Source of the DNA: Antedon mediterranea
Lineage: Eukaryota; Animalia; Echinodermata
DNA length: 64,000 nt
Assembly (NCBI RefSeq): GCF_964355755.1
Contig: NC_092672.1
Coordinates: 1,736,001-1,800,000 of the forward strand
Direction of reading: 5' to 3'
The position numbers and the translations under genes are program-made. Positions 34,421-49,119 of this stretch are shown piece after piece (the first letter of the stretch is position 1; the number at the start of each line of letters is the position of its first letter). The notes below the pieces were generated by a model. It ran no database searches, was not told where the DNA came from, and saw only the letters and a list, made by a program, of their open reading frames with translations.

Positions 34421-35933
34421 ATGTATAATATTCATATTAGATTTAATATTTGTGTACTGCTGTAACAATATCTATGTTTGTGTACAAATAATACATGTTT
34501 CACTAGACCAATATTACTGTGTATTTAACAAAAGATGTATTATTTTTTTAATAATAAATAATAATAATAATTTTTTTTTAATAATAAATAATAATAATAA
34601 TTTTTTTTGAATAATAAATATTCTGGTTTTATGTTTTTTTCTTCTTTTGTACAGTTTTAACTGAAAAAAATAATTTTTTTGATGAATATTTAGATATTCA
34701 CTTTTACCAAAAATTGAATCGGAAAATAAATTATGTAACTGAAAAAACCTGTAATTTAAAGCAAAAAATATTCAAATGGGCGTAGGTTGAAGTTAACCAT
34801 TTATTTTGTAATTTTATAAGAGAAAACGTTATTTTGTTTAGGTTTGTGATTGATTAACTTTGTTAAAACTACAAATTGCCTATTCAAAGTGATTTTATTA
34901 ATCTTGATTTTATTAATCTTAATTTTTCATGTTTTTGGGGGAAATACATCTTATTTTATTTTTTTTTATTTAAAAAAAAAAATCATAAACAAGGTACGGC
35001 ATCGTTCAATAAAACAGAACAAAAGTACTATCAGCACCTGCGGGTAACCAAAAGTGGATCAGTTCAAAAGAACTACACTGTCGAGTGGCTTTCCCAACTA
35101 ATAGTACGAAAAATGCAATAGACATAAAAACACAGAGATAGTCTAGATGAATTCGATATCAGTAATACATTTTTTCAAATCCCTTCTAAACCCCCCAAAG
35201 TTAAACAGGACTTTGTTACGAACTTCATGCGGGATACATTACACTTAAAATGTTTAGTTTTTCTTTTTTTAAATCAACCCCCACTCAGCACCGATAATTC
35301 CGCTCCTGCAACCACTGTCTGTTGTTCAGGGTGGTGAGAAATTGTTTTAATTCCCTGGTCTATTTCTGTTTGTCCGTGTTTGATTTCGGATCATGGTCAG
35401 ATTGTATGCAGCAGCAGTTTGACAGAATAGTTTTTCTATATAGCGCCCTCTATTTTATTGTAACGAAAAACTTTTTTTGACGTAGTGTGTTCAGTCAGTA
35501 TAGTATTATACGCAGTGTTAAGATTGTTTGTTGTATTTTAATTAGTAATCATTATTACAGCATCAATTGTATTTATGTTTATAAATGATGTTTTATTTTC
35601 TTAACCACAAATTAGCTTCTTCTCATACGTAATAAAAGTGTTAGATTGTTAAGATTTATTTGATGACGTCATTGACGATGATGTTGATGACGCGATATGT
35701 TGGAACCGATCAGTATTAAAGATGCATTGTCCCCTGAAAAATAATTCTTAAAACATTTTTTGTTCAATATGCCATTTTAATGTCACCTAATAGTTATCCA
35801 ATTTGACAAATAATTTGATCGAAAAGAAAATGTATTTTTACCTTTAAAAAAATGTAATCTTAAACAAAAAAATGGTAAAATTGACTGCCAGCCAATCCAG
35901 GGTTTTTGGTTAACGAAAGCGTATAACAGCATA

Positions 35934-36570
35934 AAGCGTGCTTCCCCCCACTAGCGATGCAACCTACGCAACGTAAAGCGTGATTCCCACTAGCGACGCA
36001 ACGCAAGGACGTAACGCAATGCAAATGAATTGACTAATCACAAGCGATGGCTTATTCGCTTGTGATTGCTAAAGCGTGGTTCCCACTACCGACGCAACAC
36101 AAGCACGTAACGCAACGCAAATGAATTAACCAATCACAAGCGATGGCTTATTCGCTTGTGATTGCTAACTGTCTATACTCGCTTGTCATTGGTTAAAACG
36201 CTTCCGTTGCGTTTACGTCCTTGCGTTACGTTCTAGTGGGAACCAAGCTTAAGGAAATACTCTTCCAATAATTGTGTTTGCCCCCCCCCCCCTGCGTGAA
36301 ATCAAACCTGCGATGTTTGCATTCACTGTTGCATCGTCGGTTCCAACTTGTGATTACGCAATACATCACTTTGCGTCCGTCGATACATCGCTGTTAAAGC
36401 GTGGTTCCCACTAGCGACGCAACACAAGGACGTAACGCAACGCAAGTGAATTGACCAATCACAAGCGATGGCTTATTCGCTTGTGATTGCTACTGTTTAT
36501 AACTTCGCTTGTCATTGGTTAAAACGCTTGTGTTGCGTTTACGTCCTTGCGTTACATTCTAGTGGGAACC
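35934..36570. mobile_element. Cluster of nested Harbinger-like MITEs (family B)
   Basis: Repeated TAA|AGCGTGGTTCCCACTAG starts at about 35977, 36073 and 36398; right TIR CTAGTGGGAACCAAGCT|TAA at 36249; palindromic body with ACGCAACGCAAG repeats. Confidence 0.75.
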
Positions 36571-39500
36571 ATTTACAGTCAAGTAGCCTACTTGGTGTAA
36601 AATGTGTAACCAAACAAAAATTGCGATATTAAATATTTTAGACTTTATTATAAATTGTATAATTATATATGAAATACGTATAGTGTCAATGGCCCCAAAG
36701 ATTCTTTACATAGCACAAGGTTTAAAATCATTTTTTTTTTTTTTTGTTCTTATGACGGTTTGTCCAAATTTAAACGTCAGATCTGTAATTTAATTCAGAA
36801 CAAAATGTTGTTGTCATGGCAAACCATTATCACAATGTACCAGCTGTGCTAAACGCACATGGCTAATTAATTCATTATGTTAATATGTCAGCGTCACGTG
36901 ATCGATATTAGCGAATGGTGATGCACAATCCGAATGCTTTGTTAGTTTAGTTGAAAGGAAATCTGTGGTAGCCTGAGAACATCGCAGGCGAGCTAGCTGT
37001 GTTTGGTACCATCAAACGGCCTTCAAAGCAGCCTAATCAGGCTGTTTATCCAATTTTCATAATTTTATCCTTTGATAAGTAACATACTAAAGAGACGAGG
37101 CAGGGGAACTTTAACCAAAAGAAGTACCAATACACTGGTAAGTATTAAGTTAAGTGTAAGTACTGTAAGTTAATTAAGTAAGTAAAGTTTGTTGGTATGA
37201 TCATCATGTTCGTGTATTACTATTAGTGTGGTGTGGGTGGGTGGGTAGGCCACGCACGATAGGCTGTCATCCATGGTGTGTGACTGCGTGCATGATATTT
37301 TTAAACTTATTATATTTTATAACTTCAGAGTTGAATGATGTTCTTCAACTTACCTTAGAGTCCTCGGATATCTTTCCATATTATAGTATTTCTAGGCCTA
37401 TTTAACATATTTTATTATTAATCTGTACCAGGCGATACAACTGTTAAAATAGGGGTGTTTCATCGATGCTGTATAGTGTAATACAACACAATAGAGTACT
37501 GCATTAAGTTGATCCTTCCTATAATAATAACTATACATTCTTCCACCTTGTATTACATGTACTATTGGTAATATAAGTTTCGTCACTTTGAGTCACTTAT
37601 TATCTGCCAACGCTTAAACATTTTTTAGTAGGTACCTGTAATTGTAGAGGGCGCACATTTCATTTTAGATTGTGGTTTCCTCTGCCTTTTGCATACAAAA
37701 TCTGTTAATGCTTGTTGTTAGGTGTTCATGTGTGTAACAGTGTGTGTGATGGATGACTCACAGATGAGACATTCAATGTAATGATAATTGATGTCACATT
37801 TCTATGAACTACAATCGTTTAAGAAACCATTATATGATACTCGTAGAATACACCTACATTGAGAATACTAAAGTTAACTGATAATATTACAAAAAAATTG
37901 AGAATAAAATGAATAATTTTAAAATTATTTTAAAACAAAAACTGGATTTAGCAGGAGCGAATTTAGGCAGGGGATTAACAGTCTTTTTAAAATAAAATAA
38001 TGTCGATTTTTATTTTTCTGCAACCCGACGGATTTTTTATATCATTTATGAAATATTTAGCCCTCCTAATCTATGATGCTGGACATTTGAAGGCTTTTGA
38101 GTTGTTGACAACACCAGTCTGTAGGATAAACACAATAAAGTATTTCATTTACACAATCATCCTTCTTGGAAGTGTCGGTAATAACTGTTTTAAACAGCTT
38201 AAACATAAATCCTAAACAGCAAGTAGGAATTTTATAAGAGTGTTTGTGTGTGGGGTTTAGCAATACCCCAGTTTTCCCAAGAACATGGAACAATCATTCT
38301 CTTTTCAAGCGACTCGGTTGTGAAAAAGTGGTCGGGTTGAAACCTTACCAACCGTACTGGAGGCTACGGCCGTCAAATCAAATTTTTGAAATTGGAAATA
38401 TCGCCAAACCAGTCGCATCTAGTTAGTTCAAATAAAAAGGATACTTAGAATTATATACAGGACTTGTGCTTGATTGTATTACTGAAAAAGGAGTTAATTT
38501 GTTAAAACGAAACAGGATATATGTCCTTTATAAGTAAGGATAGAGGAAACATAATTAGTAGTCGGATTAGTGAAGTAGTGGTAGTTATTCATCTCCGTTA
38601 AATACTTGTTATTCCAAATTATTGCTGGATAGATAGATTTACTGTTTGACCAAATATTATGTTTGGAAAAGTTGAAAGGAGAAGAGAAGAAGACAAAGAG
38701 ATGGATAGAGGAAATATGTGATGCAGCCAACTCCCAGTAAACAGTTGCTATGATAACTATAAGAAGATCGGCATGTATGGAAAGATTTCATCCGAATGGT
38801 CATGAGTGGGAGGGGGACTATATCGGAGTTCTAAAAAATAAAGGGAACCAAAATTGGGGTGAGACTATACTTGGGACATGTGATTATACTGTACTTCAGT
38901 CAAAGGTTGACTCTCTCAATGCTAAGAACAGAAACTCTGCCAAAACCTTTTCTGTTCAAAATTGTCTCAAATTCTATTTGAATAAAAGAACGTTCATACC
39001 ATAAATTCTGGAAAGGGTGTCCAGTGATTGAAACAGTACTGTACTGTACACTGGTTACCCCCACCCTTATGTTATACCCCTTTCTCTACCTTTGTACCCT
39101 TCTTGATATGAATTGAATTACTTGTTTACAATATTTGCAATTAAATAATTAGAAAGGTATTGATTAATCCACTTTTTTTACAATTGACCAGTATAATACC
39201 GTTATTAAATATATTCAATGGAATAAATTAACAAATATGCAGGTAGTAGAGGAAGGATGAAGAATTGGGCCAATGCTTTGTTGTCAAAATCAGTGTTCTC
39301 CCAATAAATTATTGATTTAGAGATATGTTAGCCAAGTTTTTTGGGTTTAAATTGTCTCCAACCCTGCTCCATCCGGTAAAAGTTAACATAAAATAAAAAT
39401 CCTTCTTCAGATAGTGGTGGTTAAGCCTAGCCATTTAAAACTATGAATAGCAACAGTATAGTGGCTATATTGTGTCAATTGGATAGAAAAAGTACAATAT

Positions 39501-42500
39501 TATTTTGCTTTTGGCAAACTACTGTAATATATAGTAATTTGATTCGCCTTCCCCCTCTCCCCTCCCTCCTGTTATTCATAGAGTTTGTTATAGTGAAAAG
39601 ATTAACATGCAGTACTATATTAAATTCAATATAAACACACTCAGACAATTTAATCTGATGTGGATTACATTTTTTATATTGAAGAAGGTCATTGAACTCA
39701 TTAAATGAAAACGTATCACAGCATTTATTTAACTAGATACGACATTCGCAAATTATGTTGCGGATTGATTTCAAACAAACATTAAAATGTAGATAATGAT
39801 TACACGTTTACTGATGTACTGTACATCCATATCAAGTTTAGTGTATTGCTTAGGTGCAGAGACACTGTTGAACGCATCAATATTGACTGCCAATCAATGA
39901 ATGTACTACTGATAATTATGTCCCTGGCTGCCCCCTCCCCCCTCCCCTCATCAAATTTTGATGCTGCATGACGTTTTTTCTTACAGTATATTATGTTTTG
40001 TTTTTTTAAATAAATTGCTTCCAATTACACTTATTTTCTTAAGGCACTTTGTGTCAATGCGATGTTTGCGTTTACCCATTCCCTTCTGTTGATGACCATG
40101 TAATCATAGTCCTCTGTCCGAATTCATACCCTAATTTAGATAATCATCCGTTAATTGTAATAAAAACTAAACTACTTGTTTCTCAATTTAATTAATAATT
40201 CAATGATTACTGAACTTAGTTTTCTATTAAGTTTATTAACTTTGACTATGTAGTTATGCACTGTTGAACTGTGTTATTCAATGGTTTATGGTTATTACTA
40301 CCTTGGTTTAAAATTGAGGTCAATGTTTCACTACCCTTGAGCAGTTGGTCATTTTACCCTTGGTTAAGTCCAATTGTCCAGCCTTGAATTGTTATGTTCT
40401 CACAGATTTAAGGTAGGCCAAGGTTGCATATTCATTCAAAATATGAGGTCAAGTCCACTGCAGACTTAAGTGCGTTTGTATAACATTGCTAAATAGAACT
40501 AAAATAAATATTCTCTACTTGAACTTGGCTGCTATGCTATTGTGTATTTCAGTATGTACAGTCAGTTGAGTTTTATTACTCAAAATAACTGATGATATCA
40601 TTAATAATTGTTATGTAATGTTACTTTCACCAGATGGAACATTTCAGCTTATTCTCTCTACTTCCTACCAGTATCTAGGCAAATTCTGTGATACAGAGTA
40701 ACACACAATGTTATTTGTAGTAGGAAAATGTAACATATGACATTGGAATGACCCTTATCATAATTAGTCACATTGTTGTGTATTGCATTGAATCATATAC
40801 TTATTTAGAATTGAAAAATAATATAAAATTTAAACAGATGAATTTAATTAAATAATAATTAATAACATAGTTAAAATCAACAAAAAATAACAGGTTTGGA
40901 TTTTAAATTATTTTATATATTTAATTATTAGTATTTTGCAGATGGAAAATATGCTTGAAAAATCAGTCCTGTAGTATCCTCAAACTTTATCTTATGTCTA
41001 GACAGAGTTGTGGAAAATCTGTGAATGTGATTTAGTACCGTATGTCAGATAAACCTCCCTGCACATACTGTACACTTAATAACAGACATACAATCATAGT
41101 AGTAGGGTCTTAGAGACTTTTCGATTGACATTCATGTCCATATCGGTCATTTTGATTGAAGTGAACATTCATGTTGACCGCCAGTGAACATTCATGTTGA
41201 CCGCCAGTGAACATTCTCTGCCATGATTTTGGAAAACACATTTTGACATATCACAGTTTGATTCTTAGTATGTTTTTTTTATATATTTCTGAACACAATT
41301 GCTAAATGCTGTTGAACCTACTTTGTAATTCAGAATCTCTCTTAGAATTCTCTCAAAAGTGGACACCTCTTGTACAGTACTCTTTGTGGCCAGCCTTTTA
41401 CTGTAGGCAATACGAAGGCTACCAACAATCAAATCATATAATCATATTTAAATCACAAAGAAAATCCAGTTTTCTAAACTAAATTCCAACATATGTGAAA
41501 AAAAATAAACAAATTTTGGGACTATTTTGTTACTACTGTAGTACCGTATCATTTTGACTTTTTTCTATTCCATCATAGACATTCAGTATAGTGAGTGATA
41601 TTTTCATTTTTTTTTTCACCGCGCCTATACGTACGTCTGGAAAAAGCGAGTCTATGAGGGCCGACGGTTGAACAATTTTTTATTCTCGTCCATTGATTGG
41701 TACTGTAGACACAAATCAACACACTGCGGAAGAATTTTCTCACGTGTGCCGTGAAGTCACATTACCTCTGAAGACTGCATGTCCTGGCGGCCCATGTCCA
41801 ATACACGGGAAAATAATGGATTGAAATTCTTTGAATGAAGTTAAATAAACACACTTTTTTATTTAATAAACATGTAATATCATATTTTATTAAATTTTAC
41901 AATGTTGATATTCAAAATATATTACTAAAAACCGTAATTTTATTGAATTATTTTATCTAAAATATCTACCTTTATGCATTTGAGGTGATTCATGTATGCT
42001 CACAAGTTGTGACTCTTGTAATTTTGAACTTTGACCCCTTATATCTCGAAAACGCTTCCTATCCTGATCGATTACCTTCCATATTTGTAATCTACGGAAA
42101 ATTCTGGTCTAGAAAAGTTGGATGGCAATTTGTCCCCTTTCGGGTGGTGATTCCCCCCTCCTGCCACCGGACTACAAGTTGTGACTCTTGTATCTATTCT
42201 AGTACATATTCATTCATTCATCAGTGGAAAATTACTTCCATTATTGTCATTTGCATATAAAATATACATACATAGAAATGTTTGCTCTGAGATATAAAAA
42301 AACAGATTTTTTTTAATGAAAAACTAACAAAAACAAAGTATTATGGCAAGATATGAAGTTTTAAAAAATGGGAGGTGGTGGGTTTTTAGGTCAAGAGTGC
42401 AGTGTGTGACATGACAAGTGTTGTGGCTATGTATTTAAAGGGAAATTCCTGGTTCTTAAAAAAATCAACAAATTATGATCACAGATGGTCGTGCAATCTG

Positions 42501-42509
42501 GCTTGTTAA

Positions 42510-43582
42510 GGCCCTGTTCAGACCCATGTCGTTAGACCGTTTTAGCGTACGACGCTAAAAGAATGTGTGTCTGAACAGTTGGTGATTAGCGTACAACGCG
42601 TCGTACAACGGTTGTAGCGTTGTAGTGGAAAACGGTTGATAGTACCGTTTTAGCGTACGACGCTACTGTAAGTCAACGTTGTATCCAATCAGAACGTTTC
42701 CTGTTATGACGCGAAACAAGGTTTGACCTAGGCTGACATCTTGTATCGTCAATGTGTGAGATGGATTTCAATAACAAAAAGGCCAGAATAAATAAGGCCT
42801 AACTACACTACAAATACAACTGTTACAAAGGCTACAAACTACTATCAACTGATTACCATTATATTTTCTAACAAATACATGCACCTTGTATTTAAACATA
42901 GGGACTACGATCCCATCCGCTTTTAGGCCTAGCTAGGCCTAGAGCCATTCACGCATTTCATTCAAGCTAAAAACTAGCGTGGGACATCAAGTCACTCATT
43001 CATACAAGGCAGACTAGACTGGACAAGTTTAATGCTGAAAACCCCCTAACTCCTAAAAAAATCAGTAAACAAACAAGGGGAGCTGTGTCCCTTTTATTAG
43101 CAAGTTAAGGGTTATTTTCAACCGACTGGACCAAAAAATATATATATCTTTGACTGGACTGGATAGACTAATCACAATCATTTTTTTCTTCATCATTACG
43201 AGGCCTGCTTTATTTTCGTAACACAAGAGCCTGGGGAAAATGTTTTTTACTACAAACAAAATAAAAACAATAGAAACAGAAATTTGGCTTTACTATATTT
43301 TTCTTAAATAAATGCTGAGGTATGTTTTATTTACGGCAAATTTTGTCATATTGTAGGGCTGAGATCTATAAGCCTATATACAGTGGAAATAATGATGAAA
43401 ACACGTGGGTAAGAGCACATGAATATGCAACTAGAAACAACCTGGATGACGTACTTCCGTTGTAACGATAATCGTACGCTATGGGTCTGAACACCTCGTT
43501 TTTTTCTCTGCGGTTTGTAACGTGACCTTGATAGTAACGTTGTTCACTAAAACGGTCTAACGCCATGGGTCTGAACAGGGCC
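42510..43582. mobile_element. 1073-bp non-autonomous PIF/Harbinger element
   Basis: 36-bp TIRs GGCCCTGTTCAGACCCATG(T/G)CGTTAGACCGTTTTAG with one mismatch; TAA TSD at 42507-42509 and 43583-43585. Confidence 0.88.
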
Positions 43583-44726
43583 TAATATTACCAATAAATT
43601 CCCCTGAAGTGTGTGAGCTTTTTTTGTTATATTTTAAATGCAGAAAACAACAGGCACACATCAAAATTCAGTAATTTGTAATCCGGGAGAAAATGGGGAA
43701 AAACCCGGAGCACAATGTTTGAGAGTCGGTGTGTAGAAGTATCTATGATTTATTTTTAGCTCCAAAGTTAGTGTTCACCTGACCATTAGGTACAAAGCAT
43801 TGTCTGTACGCCTACCTACACAGTAACCATCTATTACTACCAACAGTTATATATAGTGTACCCAGTGAACAGTGACATTATATTACCTATGGTATATTGT
43901 TGTATGGGGTGACAATGTCTTAGACTGGTAGTAGGAGGCAGGTGGTATATTTTCAATAATAAATATAAATTCTAATTATTATTAATAAGTTAGTGGATTT
44001 TAAATTTTGTTGAAATCATTTCTAGAAATAATTCTTAAAAAAAAATGACTTATTTATGATGTTAAATGATAACAAAAATTACTGCAATAAAATTCAATAT
44101 ATACTTAAGCCTGTAGCCATGGGGTTTGTTGGGATCGAGTGCCCATTTCAAACACCCCATTAACACTTTTTCCTTTTTGAGGAAAAAAGAATTCCCCTGT
44201 AAATATCCTGGCTAAGGGCTTGATACTACCATCGTCGAAGATAAATTTTGTGATAAATTGTTTATTGGAAAACATTTAGATAATGATGAAAATAAAAAGC
44301 TTTCTGGAAAAAGAAAAAGAATTTTCTACTTATGACCAAAACAACCACAAACATGGTATGATTGAGTGACATACAAACATACAGTACATCCGGTAATAAA
44401 GAAATATTGTGCTCTATCAACAATGTTATAAACCAGCAGGAAGGTAGACTTCCTAGAGGTCACAGGTCACTGATAATGGCATTCAACTCTTGGGTTAGAT
44501 TATTACACAATGATGACCATTTGTTATGAACTTGAGCCAATGACCATATGATGGACTTGAGCCAAGGACTTTTGGTGACAACCTTGGCCTAAGGTAGGGT
44601 CGTGCATAATTACATCTAATATTTGATAAATAGGAAATATTGTATAATTCAAGTAATTGGTAGTTTCCTAACCTGCTAAATATATTTAAATGACCACTTT
44701 ATTTCTAAACACATCCTTAAAGTTAA

Positions 44727-45352
44727 AGACCCCTTCCCTGCAATTTTGGACGTTTTTTGGAAAATAATACATATATATCACTTTAAAAACATTAAACCAT
44801 GTCATTCCTTGTCTTAAATGTACGTTTTATGGTAAATTATGATAAAAAGTGAGAAACAATGCACTACCTAAGTAGCTCGCGGCGATCGACCTCTCGTGGA
44901 CGGTCTTAGGCCTAGCCTAGCTAGGCTTAGTTTTGTAGGCCTAGCTGGTAAACATCGATAACGTACGAACATCCTACGCTAGCTATATACCTAGCCTGAC
45001 GTTGTATAGTTGCTGCATTAATTGTCTTTCTATTTTTGCCAGACTCCGTTGATACAAATTGGGGAAAACCCGGTATTTTCGCTGAAAAGTTAGGAGTCTT
45101 CCATTTGTTTTGGCTTCACGATCGATCGAAAAGTGGGCGAATTACAGGTGAAAAACAAAAATATCAATCCGCGCGCAATGCATTTTGGGATTTATAGCGG
45201 GCCGCTATAATTATTAGAATCGATTTATTTTTCACATTTTTAACCGTTTAAAGACGAAAAAAGTTATCGCAATAGGACCATATAGTATTATTTTTACATT
45301 AAATATAGTTTGTGATCTTAAATTAGATCTAAAAAACGTAGGGAATGGGGCT
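44727..45352 (+). mobile_element. 626-bp TTAA-targeting element (Kolobok-like), copy 2
   Basis: Flanked by TTAA on both sides; about 6 substitutions versus copy 1 by eye. Confidence 0.82.
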
Positions 45353-48300
45353 TTAACATATGATAGTGTAATCCTCACAATTTCTCAAAGCCTATAGTTT
45401 TTTCCCCTTGGATCCCCACAGTAACATCAAAAAGTTGGTGATGTTGATGAATCCCTAATTCATGTGACACCAGTTGGCAAGAAGTATAGGCCCAAGGATA
45501 TTAATGTTGAGTTTTAAAACATGAATGAATTCAAATTATTATACAATCTGTTCCATAGTTGTTTTTCTTTGTTTTTTTGACAAAAGAATGCTAAGGAATA
45601 AAAATAGACTACTAAATGTTTGTTTGTTTACTGCTAAAATGCAATTGTCGTACTGTACAATAAATTTATGACAACACAAAACTATAGTATTATTAATAAC
45701 TATGAATTCATAAACAATAACAAGGCTATTAGTATTATTTTTCATTTTAGGACCTTGCAAGTTTAACAGTTCATGTGACCGAACTTTACTAGAACAACGC
45801 TCGACACAATAACACACTATTGTCATTGTGTTCAGTATTTTAGCTTTGTTCTGTAATATTGTTATGTTGATAATCCTAGGAGGAAGTGGATTGTTCCATT
45901 AAATGTTATAGGGGTAATTTAAATATAATTAAAAAAATACATATGAACTTTGGTCCCAATCTGTAAATTTTTTTAGTGACCTTTTATTAGGTGATTTTAT
46001 GATGATTTTATGAGAATTTTATGGAAATTCTGCTACTTTCAAATACAATTTTAATTGTTATCTTGTGGCACTCGTTCGGTTTTCGTTAACTGACATAGCA
46101 TATTCTGGGTGCTAAAAATGTTTGTAATTTACAACCTTACTGAAAATTGTATAGTACCGTAGTATATAATATATTATTTTATTAAAAGCCATTTAGTAAT
46201 CTTTCCACATTCATAATTAAGTTTTAAAAAATCTTAAAATAAATTTTTTTTATGATATTGTTTCAACTCCACTCCCAAATGAGACTTAGTTAAAGGTACG
46301 ATAAATTAAAAAAGAGTTATCCATCCTGTAATTAGTAAGTTGCTCACTGGGTGGATACAGTATTTTTTTAATATACGCAACAGGTATATTAAAGGTGGGA
46401 CAAACCCACAAAAGACAAACAATGAAATCACTCAGAAACTGAGTGAAGTATTTGGAGAAATATTGAATGTTGATATTTCGGCCCATGTTATAAACTAATA
46501 ATAATAAACAATTTTGTTTTTATTTGTAAAGTTAATGATTAAGCATGTGCTGTAAATATATATTTACACCTACAGTATGATGCAAACAGACAAAGCAAAT
46601 ACTATACTTAGCAAAATTAAGTAAAAAGGGGCCAGTTATACTGCAGTAGTCAGAAGAGATAATAATTTTACTGGCATACAATAGAAAGCTTTCTTTATTC
46701 TGGAATAGCTCTTTCAATACACAAATACTGGTCTCCCAAGAGGTCCAGATTTGAAAAAAATACAAGAAAAATAAAAGCTATAAAACTATGTTCAATAGAA
46801 GTTATATAAGATTTTGCTTGATTGCTAGACATGAAAATAAAGGGGTTGTATTAACATCTGTTAGGAAATAGTAAGGAACACTTTAATTTTGTAAGGATGA
46901 ACTAATGATAAGAAGGAAGAGTGTAAACAAAAGAATTAATTTCTTGTTCATTAGTGGCTTCCTTTAAGTACTTTATACAGGTTTAAAATGCCATATTTTG
47001 AAAGGTATTTTCTTGCCAGCAGAAACGGGTCCGTATAAAAAGAACCGATTATAAAACCCTCAATTGATTTCCGTCTTTAACGGTTTCTTGGAGAAATTTT
47101 CAGTTTTAACGCATTCTTTTATATAAAACTTGTTTTTTGCTGTCTGCTGGTAGGTTTAAAATTTACCGTTTATTATTAGCTAATGATGCAAAAGTGTAGG
47201 TCCTATAAATTATTATTATCCATAAAACTAAAATTACACACACTAAATGACAACCGATTGTCAAACATTGATAATAGCTAGAATATATTTCTGAATGTTT
47301 TACTGCTAATTATATTATAACTCTTTTCAACAGATAGTTAGTTTGTTTTTTAAAAAATCTTTTCAAAGAATGACTGTATAGGTTTGACAAAATATTATGA
47401 GTGTATATATATACAAATATGAATCGCTGGTTTATTTTTAGAATTTCAAGAAAGAGCATGTTAGTGGTGGGTAGGGGGTCAACTTAGGTAATTGATATAT
47501 GACCTTTTCGTCTGCTCTTTGATAGACTTGGTCAATTATAGATTTATGTGTAAAACAATTTGTGTAGAAGGTCCTCCATATTTCCCCTTTCCTCTACTTT
47601 TTCCGTCATGTAAAATTAATTATTCTTTAGAAAAACTCACTAAATAAGAATTAAAAAGAATGTAATTAAAAGATATCAACTTTCCCTATATAATAATGGT
47701 AGAGTCTTGTACTAGTGAACAGCACAATGTCATGCTGGTTTAGCAACATAGATCATCTGCCATTCTGACCAATCAGAGCTTTGACTTCCTATGATGTCAT
47801 GCTTTGTGCAGTGACCCGTGACAGGATGACGGCCTCTGAAGTATAATACGTCAAAAGACTTTATAAGCAAGCTCTATGTTGTTAAAGGTAGAAACTGTGA
47901 ACTTACGATAGAAGACAGCCACACTTTGGCTCTTACAAATATTTTTTTAGTAGATAGTGTTTTAATTTTTGGAAAACTTCAATAAGATAGGAATATAAAC
48001 AAATTCAAGTATTTATTGTGGGTGTTGTGATCTCATACAAGGTAAGGCTTTCTGTTTGGTATTTTCCCAATTTGAGGAATTTCTTTGTTCTCTCTCTTCT
48101 CAAATCCTTTGTTGTGGCACAGGCAATACCATATCATGATGGTAAAAATCTACCTTAATAACATATATAATCTATTTTTCATCTATCAACTTTTTGTGAT
48201 AATATTAGAATTAGATTTTAACATTAGGTTTGGATTTGATGGTTTTTTTTTTCTTACTATCGTTCACCGAAGGTAAATAAAATCTAGAACTGAGTCATCA

Positions 48301-48954
48301 ATACACTGGAGTGACGCCTGTGTGTGACTGTTGTTTATATTCAATTCATAGGCTTTGTCTGTTTTGTTTCCTTACCACTATACTTGAATAATATCCTTAA
48401 CAACTAATACAGTCTTAAAACTTAGTAATTGGATTTTACATTTTTTGTTCACTTCCATAAATAAATGTAATGTACTTTATGATCTATTAGTTAGTCTTTG
48501 TTTATAACAGTACAATATTTGTTTAGACTGTTTAGTTGTTTATTGTTCGGCACTCTTAGAAAATTGTATTATTTCTTTGTTTGATCACATCACATTATGG
48601 CAATTTTTGTAATCATGTCTTTGATTAGGCCAAAGTTCATTATTTTATGATCCAATATCGGCAAATGTTTTATAACTTAATTACATTGATCAATATCAAT
48701 TATCTTTTTAAAATGAATATTAAATAATGAGGTCAATTGTTAATGTAAATATTTATCAACACAAATCTTTCCAAGCATAGAATATGAATATGTTTACATC
48801 TTCAATATTGTAAACTGATAAGTGACAACTTTATTTTGTAATCGGCATTTTACGTTCCTGTTAGTTTCTTTAATCTGTGAACTAGTAATTGACTAACAAC
48901 ATCTTGACTTCGTCTCTTTAATCTTCTCTTAATATCTTTAATTTAGGTAAAAAT

Positions 48955-49119
48955 GTTTTCTACACGAAAAATATGATAGTAGTAGTGGTGATATGACCAA
49001 ATATAGTAGTGATATGACCAAATATAGTAGTAAATATGACCAAATATGGTAGTGATCATCATCCATGTATAGGCACGTCACATTTTTGCCACATAAAGTT
49101 TGATAGTGTAGACAAGGCT
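48955..49119 (-). mobile_element. MITE family A copy (degenerate)
   Basis: Right TIR GTTTGATAGTGTAGACAAGGCT and internal CCAAATATGGTAGTGAT motifs. Confidence 0.6.

Noticed and set aside
35327-35357. CAGGG...CCCTG segment as another micro-hairpin (also 29262-29295)
   Set aside because: Arms pair for only about 5 bp and there is no clean TSD.
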